In this document: piece by piece, positions 37,867-48,255 of the stretch | How positions within the stretch are numbered: the first letter of the stretch is position 1 | How the letters are laid out: each line of letters starts with the position of its first letter | DNA from: Promethearchaeota archaeon | Lineage (GTDB): Archaea; Asgardarchaeota; Thorarchaeia; Thorarchaeales; Thorarchaeaceae | Direction of reading: 5' to 3' | Assembly (NCBI GenBank): GCA_014728035.1 | Contig: WJMJ01000078.1 | Span: 64,001 to 128,000 of the forward strand | Length of the DNA: 64,000 bases | Program-made: the position numbers and the translations under genes | Notes under the pieces: generated by a model | Told to the model about the DNA's origin: nothing | The model's input: the letters and a program-made list of their open reading frames with translations, nothing else | Databases searched by the model: none

Positions 37867-38568
37867 ATGAAGATAGTCGTCACTGGGCCATACGAAGCTG
37901 GAAAGAGCAAAATGATTCACACCATAACAGACGGTGCGTGTATCAATATTGAACGAAGAGGAACTACTATTGCAATGGATCACGGTCTTGCTAACGTAGA
38001 TGGCATGAGTGTCTTTATGTTTGGTACTCCTGGACTTTTGCGGTTTCGTACAATGCGAAAAATACTAAGCTCGGGTGCAGATGGTATCATTTTTGTAGTA
38101 GACTCCGTGGACCCAGAGGCTGATGCTCGTGCACGTCTCTTTTTCCGTGAGATTGCCTTTTTCCTTCCAGGTGTTCCTTGTATTGTTGCTGCAAACAAGC
38201 AAGATGCTGAAGGTGCAAGACATGTCGATGAACTCCGAAAACGGATGAGTTTTCTAGCGGGTGTGCCTGTAATACCCTGTTCTGCAGAAACAGGTGAAAA
38301 TGTTGATCGTCTGTTACGAACATTGCTCTATCTAACAATGATGCAATGGAGTTCTGTATTTTCGAAATTTGCAGAATATAGTGGAAATGAACAAGGGCTT
38401 AGTAAGCTTATGGATGACCTTAGTCTGCCCAGAGACCAAGCTGTAGGTTATCTAAGACGTTTTGAACTTAGAAAATTGCTAGAAGTTGCCGTTGGAGATG
38501 AGAGCTTTCATGTCAAAAAGGAAATTCATCCCATATTGGAGAACCCAGTTCTTATTATGCGCCGCTAA
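37867..38568 (+). CDS. MglA/CvnD-like small GTPase with C-terminal winged helix
   Basis: GPYEAGKS, TTIAMDHG, FGTPGLLRF, NKQD, CSA; C-terminal HTH-like segment. Confidence 0.85.
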   Translation: MKIVVTGPYEAGKSKMIHTITDGACINIERRGTTIAMDHGLANVDGMSVFMFGTPGLLRFRTMRKILSSGADGIIFVVDSVDPEADARARLFFREIAFFLPGVPCIVAANKQDAEGARHVDELRKRMSFLAGVPVIPCSAETGENVDRLLRTLLYLTMMQWSSVFSKFAEYSGNEQGLSKLMDDLSLPRDQAVGYLRRFELRKLLEVAVGDESFHVKKEIHPILENPVLIMRR

Positions 38569-38636
38569 TGTGCAGTCAGAAGGATTCAAAAGTAATATCG
38601 CAGCGCGTACAATTCAGAGTATGAGAGGTTATCCTC

Positions 38637-39491
38637 ATGAGTGATAATGAAATCGATTTAGACCCAACGGAACTTATGGAACAAGGTGAGGCTGCTTTTG
38701 AAGCCGGAGAGAAAGATATCGCCGCTAAAATCTTCAATACAGCCGGAAATGTCTATATGTCACTCGCTGAATTTGAGGGTGCCTTAGAATGTTTCGAGCG
38801 TTCTGTTGAGATTTTCAAGGAACTAGATGATGAAACGGGTATTAGCGACACCCTCTACAATCTTGGAGTAGCTCAAATAAATTTGGAACAATGGGATGAA
38901 GCTATTCTAACTTGTGAAAAAACCATGGAGAAGTTTGAAGCAGTAGATAATGAAGAAGGGACTGCAGATGCAATGTACGCTCTAGCTCTCGCTTATCACG
39001 GAAAAGGAAAAACCGACACTGCTATGGACTATTTCAAAAAAGCTCAACGTGCATACAAGAAACTTGGTAATGAACAGGGTGTTGTAAGTATCATTATGGA
39101 TATTGGGAATGTTGAAGCTGAACAAGAGAATTGGGCACAAGCCACTAAAACATTCAAAAAAGCACTCAAAATATATCAAGAACTTGATGATAAAGCTGGA
39201 ACAGCAGATGCGCTTTCACTTCTGGGAGATATTGCGGAAATTCAGGGAAAACAAAAGCAAGCTGCTGAATATTTCACCGAAGCTTCTGAGTGCTATCTTG
39301 AAGCAGAAATATACGATATTGCAAGAGAGGTATTCGAAAGAGCTGAACAGAAGCTTTGGGATATACCAAAGGCAACCAGACGTAGATTACGCAAGGTATT
39401 GGATAAAATATACGACAGGCTTCCAGAAGAGGAAGATGATGACGACGACGATGACGAAGATTTTGACGAAGATCTGCTAGAATTTCAGTAA
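38637..39491 (+). CDS. TPR (SNAP-like) protein with acidic tail
   Basis: Repeats of about 40 aa with LG..Y/A..F.KA pattern; poly-D tail. Confidence 0.88.
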   Translation: MSDNEIDLDPTELMEQGEAAFEAGEKDIAAKIFNTAGNVYMSLAEFEGALECFERSVEIFKELDDETGISDTLYNLGVAQINLEQWDEAILTCEKTMEKFEAVDNEEGTADAMYALALAYHGKGKTDTAMDYFKKAQRAYKKLGNEQGVVSIIMDIGNVEAEQENWAQATKTFKKALKIYQELDDKAGTADALSLLGDIAEIQGKQKQAAEYFTEASECYLEAEIYDIAREVFERAEQKLWDIPKATRRRLRKVLDKIYDRLPEEEDDDDDDDEDFDEDLLEFQ

Positions 39492-39688
39492 AAGTAGTCT
39501 TTCATGGTGGGAGAGGGGAGAGCTTTTCACTACTTGGGCTACACATTTTCAAAATAGGTTTTGCATCTACTAATTACTTCCATATACAATAGGATAAAAT
39601 GGATTAATGCGAAATCACTCATGATATTCAACCTCAATCCAGCAAAACCATATTTAGAAGGATGAACATCAAGTCAGTGGAGTGAATA

Positions 39689-42600
39689 TTGTTGTCTGAA
39701 TGGACGCCAAAACTCAAAACTATTCTTTTAATTTCATTACTATTGCTGCCTACATTGGTTTCTATATTGCCATCAGAAGGGGTTTTTCTAGAAAATATAG
39801 ATGGAAGGAATAACTTTCAGGGAGCAAATTCACCTGAAAATGCAATACCTCTTAGAAAAGCGACATTTGTTAATCCAGATCCGGAATCTTTAATGGACGA
39901 GTTTGCTTATATCGCAGCTATCCCAACAGCAGTATTTACACATTCAAACCAACAATACATCTCTCCCTTGATTTATTCAACGCTTGTGGATAGCGATAAA
40001 TGGATGACTGAAGACTGGGCAGAGTATCTAAATATAGATGGAGGAGCTACTCAGGCAACAGTCATTGGTGACTATTCTGAATCAGAAATTCTTGCTATCC
40101 AGAAGCAAATTGGAACTCCTATTTTTCCAAGAATAACAGGATCCACCTCTGCTGAAATTGCTGCACTGTTAGCAGTTAACGATTGGCGGAGCTCATCTAC
40201 CGCAGTATTCGCAGTTGTTGAAGATACATTTGAAGAGATTGAAATCACAGAAGGTTCCGCTACATATGAGTTTTCAAATAACCCTACAACAACAACAACG
40301 CATGACGTTTCTATATCCTCTAATGACCCTGTAGAGATGACTTTTACACCAAGCTCTTCAGCAGGTTGGTTAGAAGGTTCTTTTGATTGGACATCAAGCA
40401 ATGCATATTTCACTCATCTGCTTGAAGATGCAAACGGTATGATTATTGATTATTCAACTCAAGAACATATGTATCGGAGTAGATTTAGTACATATGTAAC
40501 GAATCCAGTGCCACTTCACTTTTGGGTGCCTAAAACAGAAGATGGATCTTGGACAATGACATTCAATCCATATTCGGTTACCAGTCCATTAACCGTAACA
40601 GGAGAAATTAAACATCATCCGGGATTTACTCAGACAATCACGGTACCAGATAATGCAAAATGGCTTAATATCACAATGGACTGGAATAACGCAGCTACAG
40701 ATCTGAATATGGCATTATTAGATCCAAATGGGAGAATAGCATCTTGGGCTCCAAGTGGTAGCATTCTCTCTGGACCGAGTGTGGAAAAAGCAGAGATTTC
40801 ATATCCAATGCCAGGTCAATGGACAATTATTGGATCTTGGATGGATGCAAATGAAGAGAACAACGGAGTTAACCTCTCATGGAGCTTGGCCACTATTGAT
40901 CCGGATATCCAAGGACATATGGAGTCAGCAGCAAATGCGGCAGTTGTAGCTTCACTTCTTAATTGTCCATTACTCTATGTAACCGAATCGGATATTCCAG
41001 AGGTCACTCAGTGGGCGATGGATCGTCTTGGAGTTAGTACCAGTATTTTGGTAGATCCAGCTAATGTTCATTCATTGGGCCTTGAAACTGCACTTAGTGC
41101 TGATACTTTCTTGTCAGCATGGAGTTCTTACACGGTGGTAAGTAACCAAATTTCAATGCTATCACAAGAAACGGATGTAGTGGTAAGTATACCACTAGGC
41201 GATGGGAATGAGCTATTTGCCACTGCAGCTTTTTCAGCTGCAGCACACGGTGCACCAATATTCTCTTTGTGCGGTGACGACAACGAGCTCCCTACAAGAG
41301 CGGAAGAAACTTGGGCACCATATCTCATCGGTCCAAATATTGAGATATACATAACAGACCGGTATTCCACAAGGACCGAAAATGGATGGTATGATGATAG
41401 AATTCCCAACATATATTCTATGCGCGAATCTGCAAGTAGTTTTGAAACATTTCTATCAGACAGAGGAGCATATAACGATACGACAAGTCAGTCAGTCATC
41501 ATAGTTGCACCTACTGATATCCTTCATGTTAGTTTTGACCGATCACTTCACAGTCATTTCGTTCCTGGTCGTATTCCAGGCACAACACAAACAACAGCAT
41601 CTGTAATGATAAACAAAGGACTGTTGCACAGATTTCTATTTTCTACAGCTGAGAATGCTGATACAAGCCTTTTGACAATGTATGCATATACAAATGGAGG
41701 AGCTGCACGAGATAATTTCGATGTGAGTAGAGCTCTGTTTCAAATTGAGGAGTCACAAACATTCCTGGAATCAATGGGATTCACAGTAGGGTTACATGTT
41801 GGTGTCGAAGAGGTCAACTCAATGATTGATTCGCAAATTGGTCTATGGTCAATCAGTACCCACGGAACTCTAACATTATATCCAACAGATCCACCCGAAA
41901 GACCAAGTGGACCGGGTATCTTCTCTTTACGAAATGAAGATGCGACATGGGGTTTTGAAGAATCCTTATCCAATAGAGAAGCAAATGGAGATGGTCTAGT
42001 TAATCCAGTTGCATTCCAAAACGAGTATAGTCATCATACTACTCGAAGCACCGAGGATTTAGAACAAGTGATAGAAAATATTGGATCACCAATTGTGTTC
42101 TTGACGGCATGTCTTCTTGGTGGAACACAACTACCTTTGACACTCATGGAACATGGAGCTGTAGCAGTAACAGCAGCACCAAGAACAGTATACTTCAATC
42201 CTGCATGTTATCTGTCAGTACTAATGACCGAAAAACTCGCTGAAGGAAACTCAACCGGTTTTGCGTTATCCGAAGGACTCAGGCATTCTTCAGTAGACTA
42301 TACCGATCCTTTGGGATATGAACCAGTCGATTATGCCAATCAACAGATTCTCTTTGGAGATCCAGAAGTACATCTCTATACAACGGACGATTTTCCCCAT
42401 GTAACATCAATTGATGGATACACAACAAACTTTGGAAATCATCGGCCAGGGAATGGAGTGCCAGCCGTAGCTGCACTTGGTGAAACATCATATCTTCCAG
42501 ATACATTAGAGGTTCTTAATGTTGAATACCTTTACTACCAAGTATCAAACATGAGTGAATTTATCAGACTGCTTCAGCTTTCTCGCGTGACCGTGGTCGA

Positions 42601-43513
42601 GCCTGGAGCTTATGGAACTCTAGAATCAGATTTGAACGCAAACAGTGTTCTTCTGGACTCTTACGTTCGTGGAGGTGGCACCTTTGTTGCTCTAGGTCTC
42701 ACGGATAACACTAGTTGGATTCCTTGGCCGCTCTCATACGATTCAAGTTCATCTAGTTCATCCATTTCAATAGATGATGCTGGACATCCTCTTGTATCGC
42801 TACCCAACGTATTAGGGTCGTCAGTAGATACAATTGGGCATTTCAGTTCCGTTTGGAGTAACCTTTCTGTTATTGCAACCAGTAGCAATCAACCAGTAAT
42901 TATTGGCGGTGTTATTGGAGCAGGAAAACTTGCGTTCACTACAACACATCCAGAAGGAGAAGAGAGAAACAAGACAATAAATAACATTGTAGAATGGTAC
43001 CTAAAACCATCAATCATTGTAGATTCAGTAAGCTTGAGTCAGTACATCATTTGGGAGGGTGATACTGTCACTATCCATGTTTCCCTATCAGATAGAAGTG
43101 GAACTCCAGTTAGCGATGTGGATCTCAGGGCCTGGGTGAATTATACTGCAGTTGATGTGATAGAGATAGGAACAGGTCTCTATGATATTTTCCTTGACCG
43201 GTCCTGGACTAATGGTCGTATAGGAAAACTCGACTTGCAATTGAGAGGTGTGAAAACTGGTTATGATACCTTATCTGTCGTATTCACCGAGTACGTTTTT
43301 ATTAGGCAATTCCCATGGATTCCGATTCTTCTTGTGGGAGGTACTTTTGCAGCCGTGGTTATTGGATATTTCTACATGAGATATCGTAGGGGAGAAGATC
43401 TGATTCCACGAAGAGGAAGTAAAGACAAATACAAAGGCCCAACTCCAGAGGAGAAAAAGAAACAACGGGAAGAAGATGAAAAATTCGACCCCAAGGAATT
43501 CTTTGGTGTATAG
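39689..43513 (+). CDS. Large membrane-anchored surface protein with CWB2-like repeats and C25/gingipain-like peptidase domain
   Basis: Signal peptide; RITGSTSAEIA, AAVVASLLNCPLLYV; STHGT...TACL...ILFGDP; C-terminal TM. Confidence 0.6.
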   Translation: MLSEWTPKLKTILLISLLLLPTLVSILPSEGVFLENIDGRNNFQGANSPENAIPLRKATFVNPDPESLMDEFAYIAAIPTAVFTHSNQQYISPLIYSTLVDSDKWMTEDWAEYLNIDGGATQATVIGDYSESEILAIQKQIGTPIFPRITGSTSAEIAALLAVNDWRSSSTAVFAVVEDTFEEIEITEGSATYEFSNNPTTTTTHDVSISSNDPVEMTFTPSSSAGWLEGSFDWTSSNAYFTHLLEDANGMIIDYSTQEHMYRSRFSTYVTNPVPLHFWVPKTEDGSWTMTFNPYSVTSPLTVTGEIKHHPGFTQTITVPDNAKWLNITMDWNNAATDLNMALLDPNGRIASWAPSGSILSGPSVEKAEISYPMPGQWTIIGSWMDANEENNGVNLSWSLATIDPDIQGHMESAANAAVVASLLNCPLLYVTESDIPEVTQWAMDRLGVSTSILVDPANVHSLGLETALSADTFLSAWSSYTVVSNQISMLSQETDVVVSIPLGDGNELFATAAFSAAAHGAPIFSLCGDDNELPTRAEETWAPYLIGPNIEIYITDRYSTRTENGWYDDRIPNIYSMRESASSFETFLSDRGAYNDTTSQSVIIVAPTDILHVSFDRSLHSHFVPGRIPGTTQTTASVMINKGLLHRFLFSTAENADTSLLTMYAYTNGGAARDNFDVSRALFQIEESQTFLESMGFTVGLHVGVEEVNSMIDSQIGLWSISTHGTLTLYPTDPPERPSGPGIFSLRNEDATWGFEESLSNREANGDGLVNPVAFQNEYSHHTTRSTEDLEQVIENIGSPIVFLTACLLGGTQLPLTLMEHGAVAVTAAPRTVYFNPACYLSVLMTEKLAEGNSTGFALSEGLRHSSVDYTDPLGYEPVDYANQQILFGDPEVHLYTTDDFPHVTSIDGYTTNFGNHRPGNGVPAVAALGETSYLPDTLEVLNVEYLYYQVSNMSEFIRLLQLSRVTVVEPGAYGTLESDLNANSVLLDSYVRGGGTFVALGLTDNTSWIPWPLSYDSSSSSSSISIDDAGHPLVSLPNVLGSSVDTIGHFSSVWSNLSVIATSSNQPVIIGGVIGAGKLAFTTTHPEGEERNKTINNIVEWYLKPSIIVDSVSLSQYIIWEGDTVTIHVSLSDRSGTPVSDVDLRAWVNYTAVDVIEIGTGLYDIFLDRSWTNGRIGKLDLQLRGVKTGYDTLSVVFTEYVFIRQFPWIPILLVGGTFAAVVIGYFYMRYRRGEDLIPRRGSKDKYKGPTPEEKKKQREEDEKFDPKEFFGV

Positions 43514-43612
43514 AATGCGCAATTGGTGTGCATCTTTCACCTATAATACGGCAACATTTTAATGATAAGTTTAGCGATTTACCATTGTTCTGATTGACCA
43601 GAGGCTTCAATT

Positions 43613-43975
43613 ATGACCAGTCGGGTAGATAAAATCAATAAAATCATCAGGGACTTCGAAACTGTACCAGGAGTGGAGGGAGCTGCTCTGGTGTCATTGG
43701 ATGGCTTGATGATATCCTCCGCACTTCCAGAAAGTGAACAAGAAAGGGTTGCAGCAATTAGTGCAGCTATGCTAACTTTGGGAGATAAAGCAACAGGGGA
43801 ATTGGATCGTGGAAACCTTGAACAGGTATACGTCAAGGGAGATAGAGGATACACACTGCTAACTTCTGTAGGAGAAACTGCACTGTTGCTTGTTCTAGCA
43901 AAGGTTGATGCACAACTAGGTTTGATATTTATGGATATGAAGAGGATGGCTGAAACCTTACTAGATGTTCTCTAA
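43613..43975 (+). CDS. Roadblock/LC7 (MglB-like) protein
   Basis: AALVSLDGLMISS...ERVAAISAA...LGLIF. Confidence 0.93.
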   Translation: MTSRVDKINKIIRDFETVPGVEGAALVSLDGLMISSALPESEQERVAAISAAMLTLGDKATGELDRGNLEQVYVKGDRGYTLLTSVGETALLLVLAKVDAQLGLIFMDMKRMAETLLDVL

Positions 43976-43978
43976 TTA

Positions 43979-45220
43979 TCATTTAGTGAACCATCTTCGG
44001 ACTATCTCATCAATAATTGTCCTAGCAACATCTCTCTTTGATACAAGTTCAGTCTTTACCAAATCATCAGGGCCTACTATAAGAACTTGGTTTGTATCAG
44101 TTCCAAATGCAACACCTTTTCGCATTGCATCATTTGCCACCACTAGATTGCAAATCCCAGCTTCTATTTTCTTTCTTGCTCTTTTTTCTAGTTCTTCATC
44201 AGAAACACCAGATTCGACCTTGAATCCGACAATATACAAATCAGAATTCTGTTTTCGAGCTTCTTCTATTATCTTCTTTGTGGGTTCGAACTCGATTGAT
44301 AAGGATTGCTTACCAGACGACATTTTACTATCTACTTTGGTTTTTGGCACATAGTCTAGCACAGCCGCTGCAGACACGAATACATCTACAGCACGTTTCT
44401 CAAGTTCATGTAATACGGTCTCCATCATTTCATCAGTAGTATCCACATGAAGTACTTCAGCATTCTCAGGAGCTTTTTCAGATGTCGGACCTAAAATAAG
44501 AGTGGCAGTTCCACCCCGAGAGAGAATCTCTCTAGTTATAGCAATCCCCATCTTTCCAGTCGAAGGGTTTGTTATGAATCGTACACGGTCAAGCCAGCCT
44601 CTTGTTGGGCCAGCTGTAATGATAAAATGCTTATTCTTCAAATCTTGTGCCCCAAGAATACTAATCACATATTCAACTATGTTAGAAACCGAGGGGATTT
44701 TTGCCTTGGCTTCTTCCATACGAGGACTAATTACATGGACATCCATTCTTTTCAGTCGTGCAATATTTTCAATCACCGCGGGATGGTCATACATGGATTG
44801 ATGCATTGCAGGAACAACAATTACAGGAATTTTCGCACCGATTCCAGAAGATACAGTAGTCGTTACTGGAGTGTCGTCAATACCATTTGCTATTTTTCCA
44901 ATAGTATTTGCTGTCGATGGTGCTATCAAAATAAGGTCAACGTGCTCGTTATGTTTTCCAGCAAGAGTGACGTGTTCAATTTGTCCTGTAAGTTCTGTAA
45001 CAACAGGATTTCCAGTAGCCCATTCCATCAGGTGGGGATGAATTATTTTCTGTCCCGCTTCACTCATGACTGTATGAACTTCAGCACCGTGACGCATCAA
45101 CGTTCTGGAGAGTGCAACACATTCAACAGCTGCAACACTTCCTGTAATACATAATGCTATTTTTTTCCCTTCAAGTAAAGAACTCAATGTACCTTTGATC
45201 AGTTTCGATGTATGCTGCAT
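43979..45220 (-). CDS. coaBC: Phosphopantothenoylcysteine decarboxylase/synthetase
   Basis: GSVAA, APSTANT, PAMH, TAGPT, NPSTGKMG, GFK.E, VAND. Confidence 0.96.
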   Translation of the reverse strand: MQHTSKLIKGTLSSLLEGKKIALCITGSVAAVECVALSRTLMRHGAEVHTVMSEAGQKIIHPHLMEWATGNPVVTELTGQIEHVTLAGKHNEHVDLILIAPSTANTIGKIANGIDDTPVTTTVSSGIGAKIPVIVVPAMHQSMYDHPAVIENIARLKRMDVHVISPRMEEAKAKIPSVSNIVEYVISILGAQDLKNKHFIITAGPTRGWLDRVRFITNPSTGKMGIAITREILSRGGTATLILGPTSEKAPENAEVLHVDTTDEMMETVLHELEKRAVDVFVSAAAVLDYVPKTKVDSKMSSGKQSLSIEFEPTKKIIEEARKQNSDLYIVGFKVESGVSDEELEKRARKKIEAGICNLVVANDAMRKGVAFGTDTNQVLIVGPDDLVKTELVSKRDVARTIIDEIVRRWFTK

Positions 45221-45531
45221 TTATGTCACTCTCATAATCTTGTTGGAAATTGCTCCTGATAACTTAATCCGATAGCAGTATTATGAACGTTTCAGCTCTT
45301 TTTTCCTATTTAACCTTTGAAATGCATCAAAAAAATCAACATGGTTGTATAATTTGTAAGATAGGTGAGCAAAGAATATATGAGCTATTTCCTCAATGGC
45401 AGATTGTTGATGGTTCTTCTTGTAGGAAGGTACCATTAACAGCACGCTATCAATGGATGCGGGCACGGGAGATACATCTGTGTCAGTAAAGCAGTGAATC
45501 TCATAAAAGAAATTCAGCAGGTGCGGAATAC

Positions 45532-46371
45532 TTGGCGAACTCTTCTCATGATTTGGAAACGATTCTTAGCAGATTCGAACCAGAAAAAAGAGCTCGTTAC
45601 CAAGCTTATGAAAAAGTTGTATCATCTTTTGGCTCACCAACTCAATCCCTTTTTGTGTTAGATAATGATAACGAAGCTGACACATTTCGAAGAGATTTTG
45701 ACGAGTATCTAAAGGTGACTGGAAAAGTCGAGGAAACTCGGAAGGATGCTCCATATTACGTAGTTCGGATAGGATATGATGGAGACATGCTAGATGATAT
45801 GTTTCGCCTTGCAGTGTCCAGCGAATCAGAGCACTTCAATCCTGCAAAACTCGATGCCAGTATGCTATATTCCAAACAATCAATCTTTCAACATCTCTAC
45901 AACAGCATAACTCAGGATAAATTCATCATCTTTCATATCACAGAGTTTCCATTAGCATATTATTTCGAAACTGCTGTGGTTGTGGACGTTGAGGAACTAT
46001 CGGACATTATGGATCCAACTGTTCATGATGCTACAATCGAAAGATATCTGAATGATTTACGCCAACAGGGTTCTGAAGAGCATCGAAAAACTTACAGTTT
46101 CTTTTATCGGATAAGCACTTCACTACTCATGGAACTATCTAATGTCTTTCTTGTCGTTCCTACAGCTGGTATGAATCGTCATATGGTAGTAACAAGTTGG
46201 AGAACACAGACTCTGCTACTCGGTTTCAGTCCTTTAACATGGTCTTCTGGAAGTTTTCGTGTATATGATCTCAGTGGGAGGGACATCGATGCGAGATGGG
46301 CATATCCTGCCCCACCTGCAGAATACCCATCTGAGAAGCAGTATGTCAGTCTGGTGCCACTCAGAAAATAA
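45532..46371 (+). CDS. Hypothetical protein
   Basis: 279-aa ORF with typical codon usage; no recognisable motif. Confidence 0.65.
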   Translation: MANSSHDLETILSRFEPEKRARYQAYEKVVSSFGSPTQSLFVLDNDNEADTFRRDFDEYLKVTGKVEETRKDAPYYVVRIGYDGDMLDDMFRLAVSSESEHFNPAKLDASMLYSKQSIFQHLYNSITQDKFIIFHITEFPLAYYFETAVVVDVEELSDIMDPTVHDATIERYLNDLRQQGSEEHRKTYSFFYRISTSLLMELSNVFLVVPTAGMNRHMVVTSWRTQTLLLGFSPLTWSSGSFRVYDLSGRDIDARWAYPAPPAEYPSEKQYVSLVPLRK

Positions 46372-46427
46372 TCACACATATTCTTCAATATCTTCATGTT
46401 GCGAACTAATCTGAAGACTTACTATTT

Positions 46428-46456
46428 TAATGGTAATATACCATTACATACCATTA
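46428..46456. promoter_or_regulatory. Palindromic site upstream of the pok-pps-panE operon
   Basis: TAATGGTA-ATA-TACCATTA plus a third TACCATTA half-site. Confidence 0.5.
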
Positions 46457-46519
46457 AATTGTATTTCACCCAAGGATTACTATATTAATGCCTCCGGATA
46501 GGAAGAAATAGACAACACC

Positions 46520-47437
46520 TTGAAACTCCAAAGAAGACATGCAAAAGCGTTCGTACCTGGACACATAACTGGTTTGTTCAGGATTCACGATAATTTCGCG
46601 GATCCTCTTCAACGGGGTTCAACTGGTGCGGGGTTCTCAGTTAAACTAGGAACTATCACAAGTATAGAGGTGATTGAGAGCCCAGCATCCATGATAGTAG
46701 TAGACTATAATGATATTCAGATAGAAGGTCCTGTTACTAGGACGGTGACACAAAATATGCTTGATGATATTGGTGAATCTTACAAAATTCATGTGAAACA
46801 CCAATCAGGCCTTCCTATCGGTGTTGGTTTTGGTGCCTCAGGAGCTGGAGCACTTGGCACTGCGTTTGCACTCGGTTCTATCTTCTCTGATAAATATGAT
46901 AATCAAACACTCGCTCAAATCGCACATCTTGCTGAAGTTGAAAATCATAGTGGACTTGGAGATGTTATAGCACAAACAGTTGGAGGTTTTGAACTTCGAA
47001 CTCATCCCGGCGCTCCGGGTATTGGAAAAATTGTAAACATACCAACAAGTTCTGATTTTAGTGTAGTATTAGCAGGTGGAACTGGTCTTGATACCAGTAA
47101 AATATTGACTAATTCAGACCAAAGGGACAAGATAAATCGCGTTGGAGAAAACCTAGTAAAGAAAATAATAGACTCACCAAAATTGGATACGTTTATCCAG
47201 TGTTCACAAGAGTTTGCATTCTCCACAGATTTGGCAAACAAAAGAATACGACAAGCGCTTCAGCATCTTGAAGAATCAGGATTTGAAAAGTCCGGAATGG
47301 TTATGCTTGGAAATTCGGTATTCTGTTTTTGTACGAAGAAGCAAACTGATGAGGTTAGTAAAATTCTGAGTCGTCATTGGAATGCAAATGAGATATTCGT
47401 AACGGGTATAGATCAGATTGGTGGGAGAGTGCTATAA
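46520..47437 (+). CDS. pok: Pantoate kinase (GHMP family)
   Basis: AFVPGHITGLF, GSTGAG, PIGVGFGASGA, SGLGDV, PGAPG. Confidence 0.92.
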   Translation: MKLQRRHAKAFVPGHITGLFRIHDNFADPLQRGSTGAGFSVKLGTITSIEVIESPASMIVVDYNDIQIEGPVTRTVTQNMLDDIGESYKIHVKHQSGLPIGVGFGASGAGALGTAFALGSIFSDKYDNQTLAQIAHLAEVENHSGLGDVIAQTVGGFELRTHPGAPGIGKIVNIPTSSDFSVVLAGGTGLDTSKILTNSDQRDKINRVGENLVKKIIDSPKLDTFIQCSQEFAFSTDLANKRIRQALQHLEESGFEKSGMVMLGNSVFCFCTKKQTDEVSKILSRHWNANEIFVTGIDQIGGRVL

Positions 47438-48255
47438 TGGGCCTTATAGAAATTCCAGACGACCATCCACGAAAAGTGTCCCTTGAAACACGGGAAACTA
47501 TTATAGAAGGACACCAAAAACACATTGTTGCAACTGCGGGGCTTCTCGCTCATGGACGTGGAGAAGCTTTTGATTATCTAATTGGAGAAAGAACAACGCA
47601 GCAAGCGAAAGAAGCGATTCAAGCAGCAGTTGCTGAGATTTTACTCGCAGACCATCCGGTAATAAGCGTTAATGGAAATGTATGCTCGCTTGTTCCGAGG
47701 GAGCTTGTTCAATTTTCGGAGTTGACTAAAGCCCCTCTTGAGATTAACCTGTTTTATTATAGAAAGGAACGAGAGGATGCAATACTGAAAGCGCTTCTTG
47801 ATGCAGGTGCAAAGGAAATCCTTGGTACTCATGACAGACCATCCGAAACAATTCCAGAACTAAGCAGTAATCGCAGAAAAGTAGATTCTGACGGAATTGC
47901 AATAGCTGATGTTGTTATTGTCCCATTGGAAGATGGAGATAGAACTGAGGCACTACGAGCAGTCGGAAAACGAGTGATAACAGTCGATTTGAATCCTATG
48001 AGTCGAACATCGGTATTTTCCAATGTGACGATTGTTGATAACATCATCAGAGCAATGCCACTCATGGTTGAAACTGCAAAACGATTTCGTAGCCTAAGTG
48101 AAGCTCAACTTATCGAAATTGTTGACAAATTCGATAATGGGAGAAATTTGGATGCTTCTCTCCAGATTATGATTGAACATCTACAGACTGAAGCTAAAGC
48201 AGCTTTACAAAGAAAGCCAAGAACAGTTAAGGAATTGAAGGAGGCAGACCAATGA
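47437..48255 (+). CDS. pps: 4-phosphopantoate--beta-alanine ligase
   Basis: IPDDHPR, AHGRGEAFDYL, SVNGN, PLEDGDR, DLNPMSRT. Confidence 0.95.
   Translation: MGLIEIPDDHPRKVSLETRETIIEGHQKHIVATAGLLAHGRGEAFDYLIGERTTQQAKEAIQAAVAEILLADHPVISVNGNVCSLVPRELVQFSELTKAPLEINLFYYRKEREDAILKALLDAGAKEILGTHDRPSETIPELSSNRRKVDSDGIAIADVVIVPLEDGDRTEALRAVGKRVITVDLNPMSRTSVFSNVTIVDNIIRAMPLMVETAKRFRSLSEAQLIEIVDKFDNGRNLDASLQIMIEHLQTEAKAALQRKPRTVKELKEADQ

Noticed and set aside
45281-45489. Small ORFs (one with CxxC) between coaBC and the orphan gene
   Set aside because: No SD, no recognisable motif, overlapping on both strands; likely promoter DNA.
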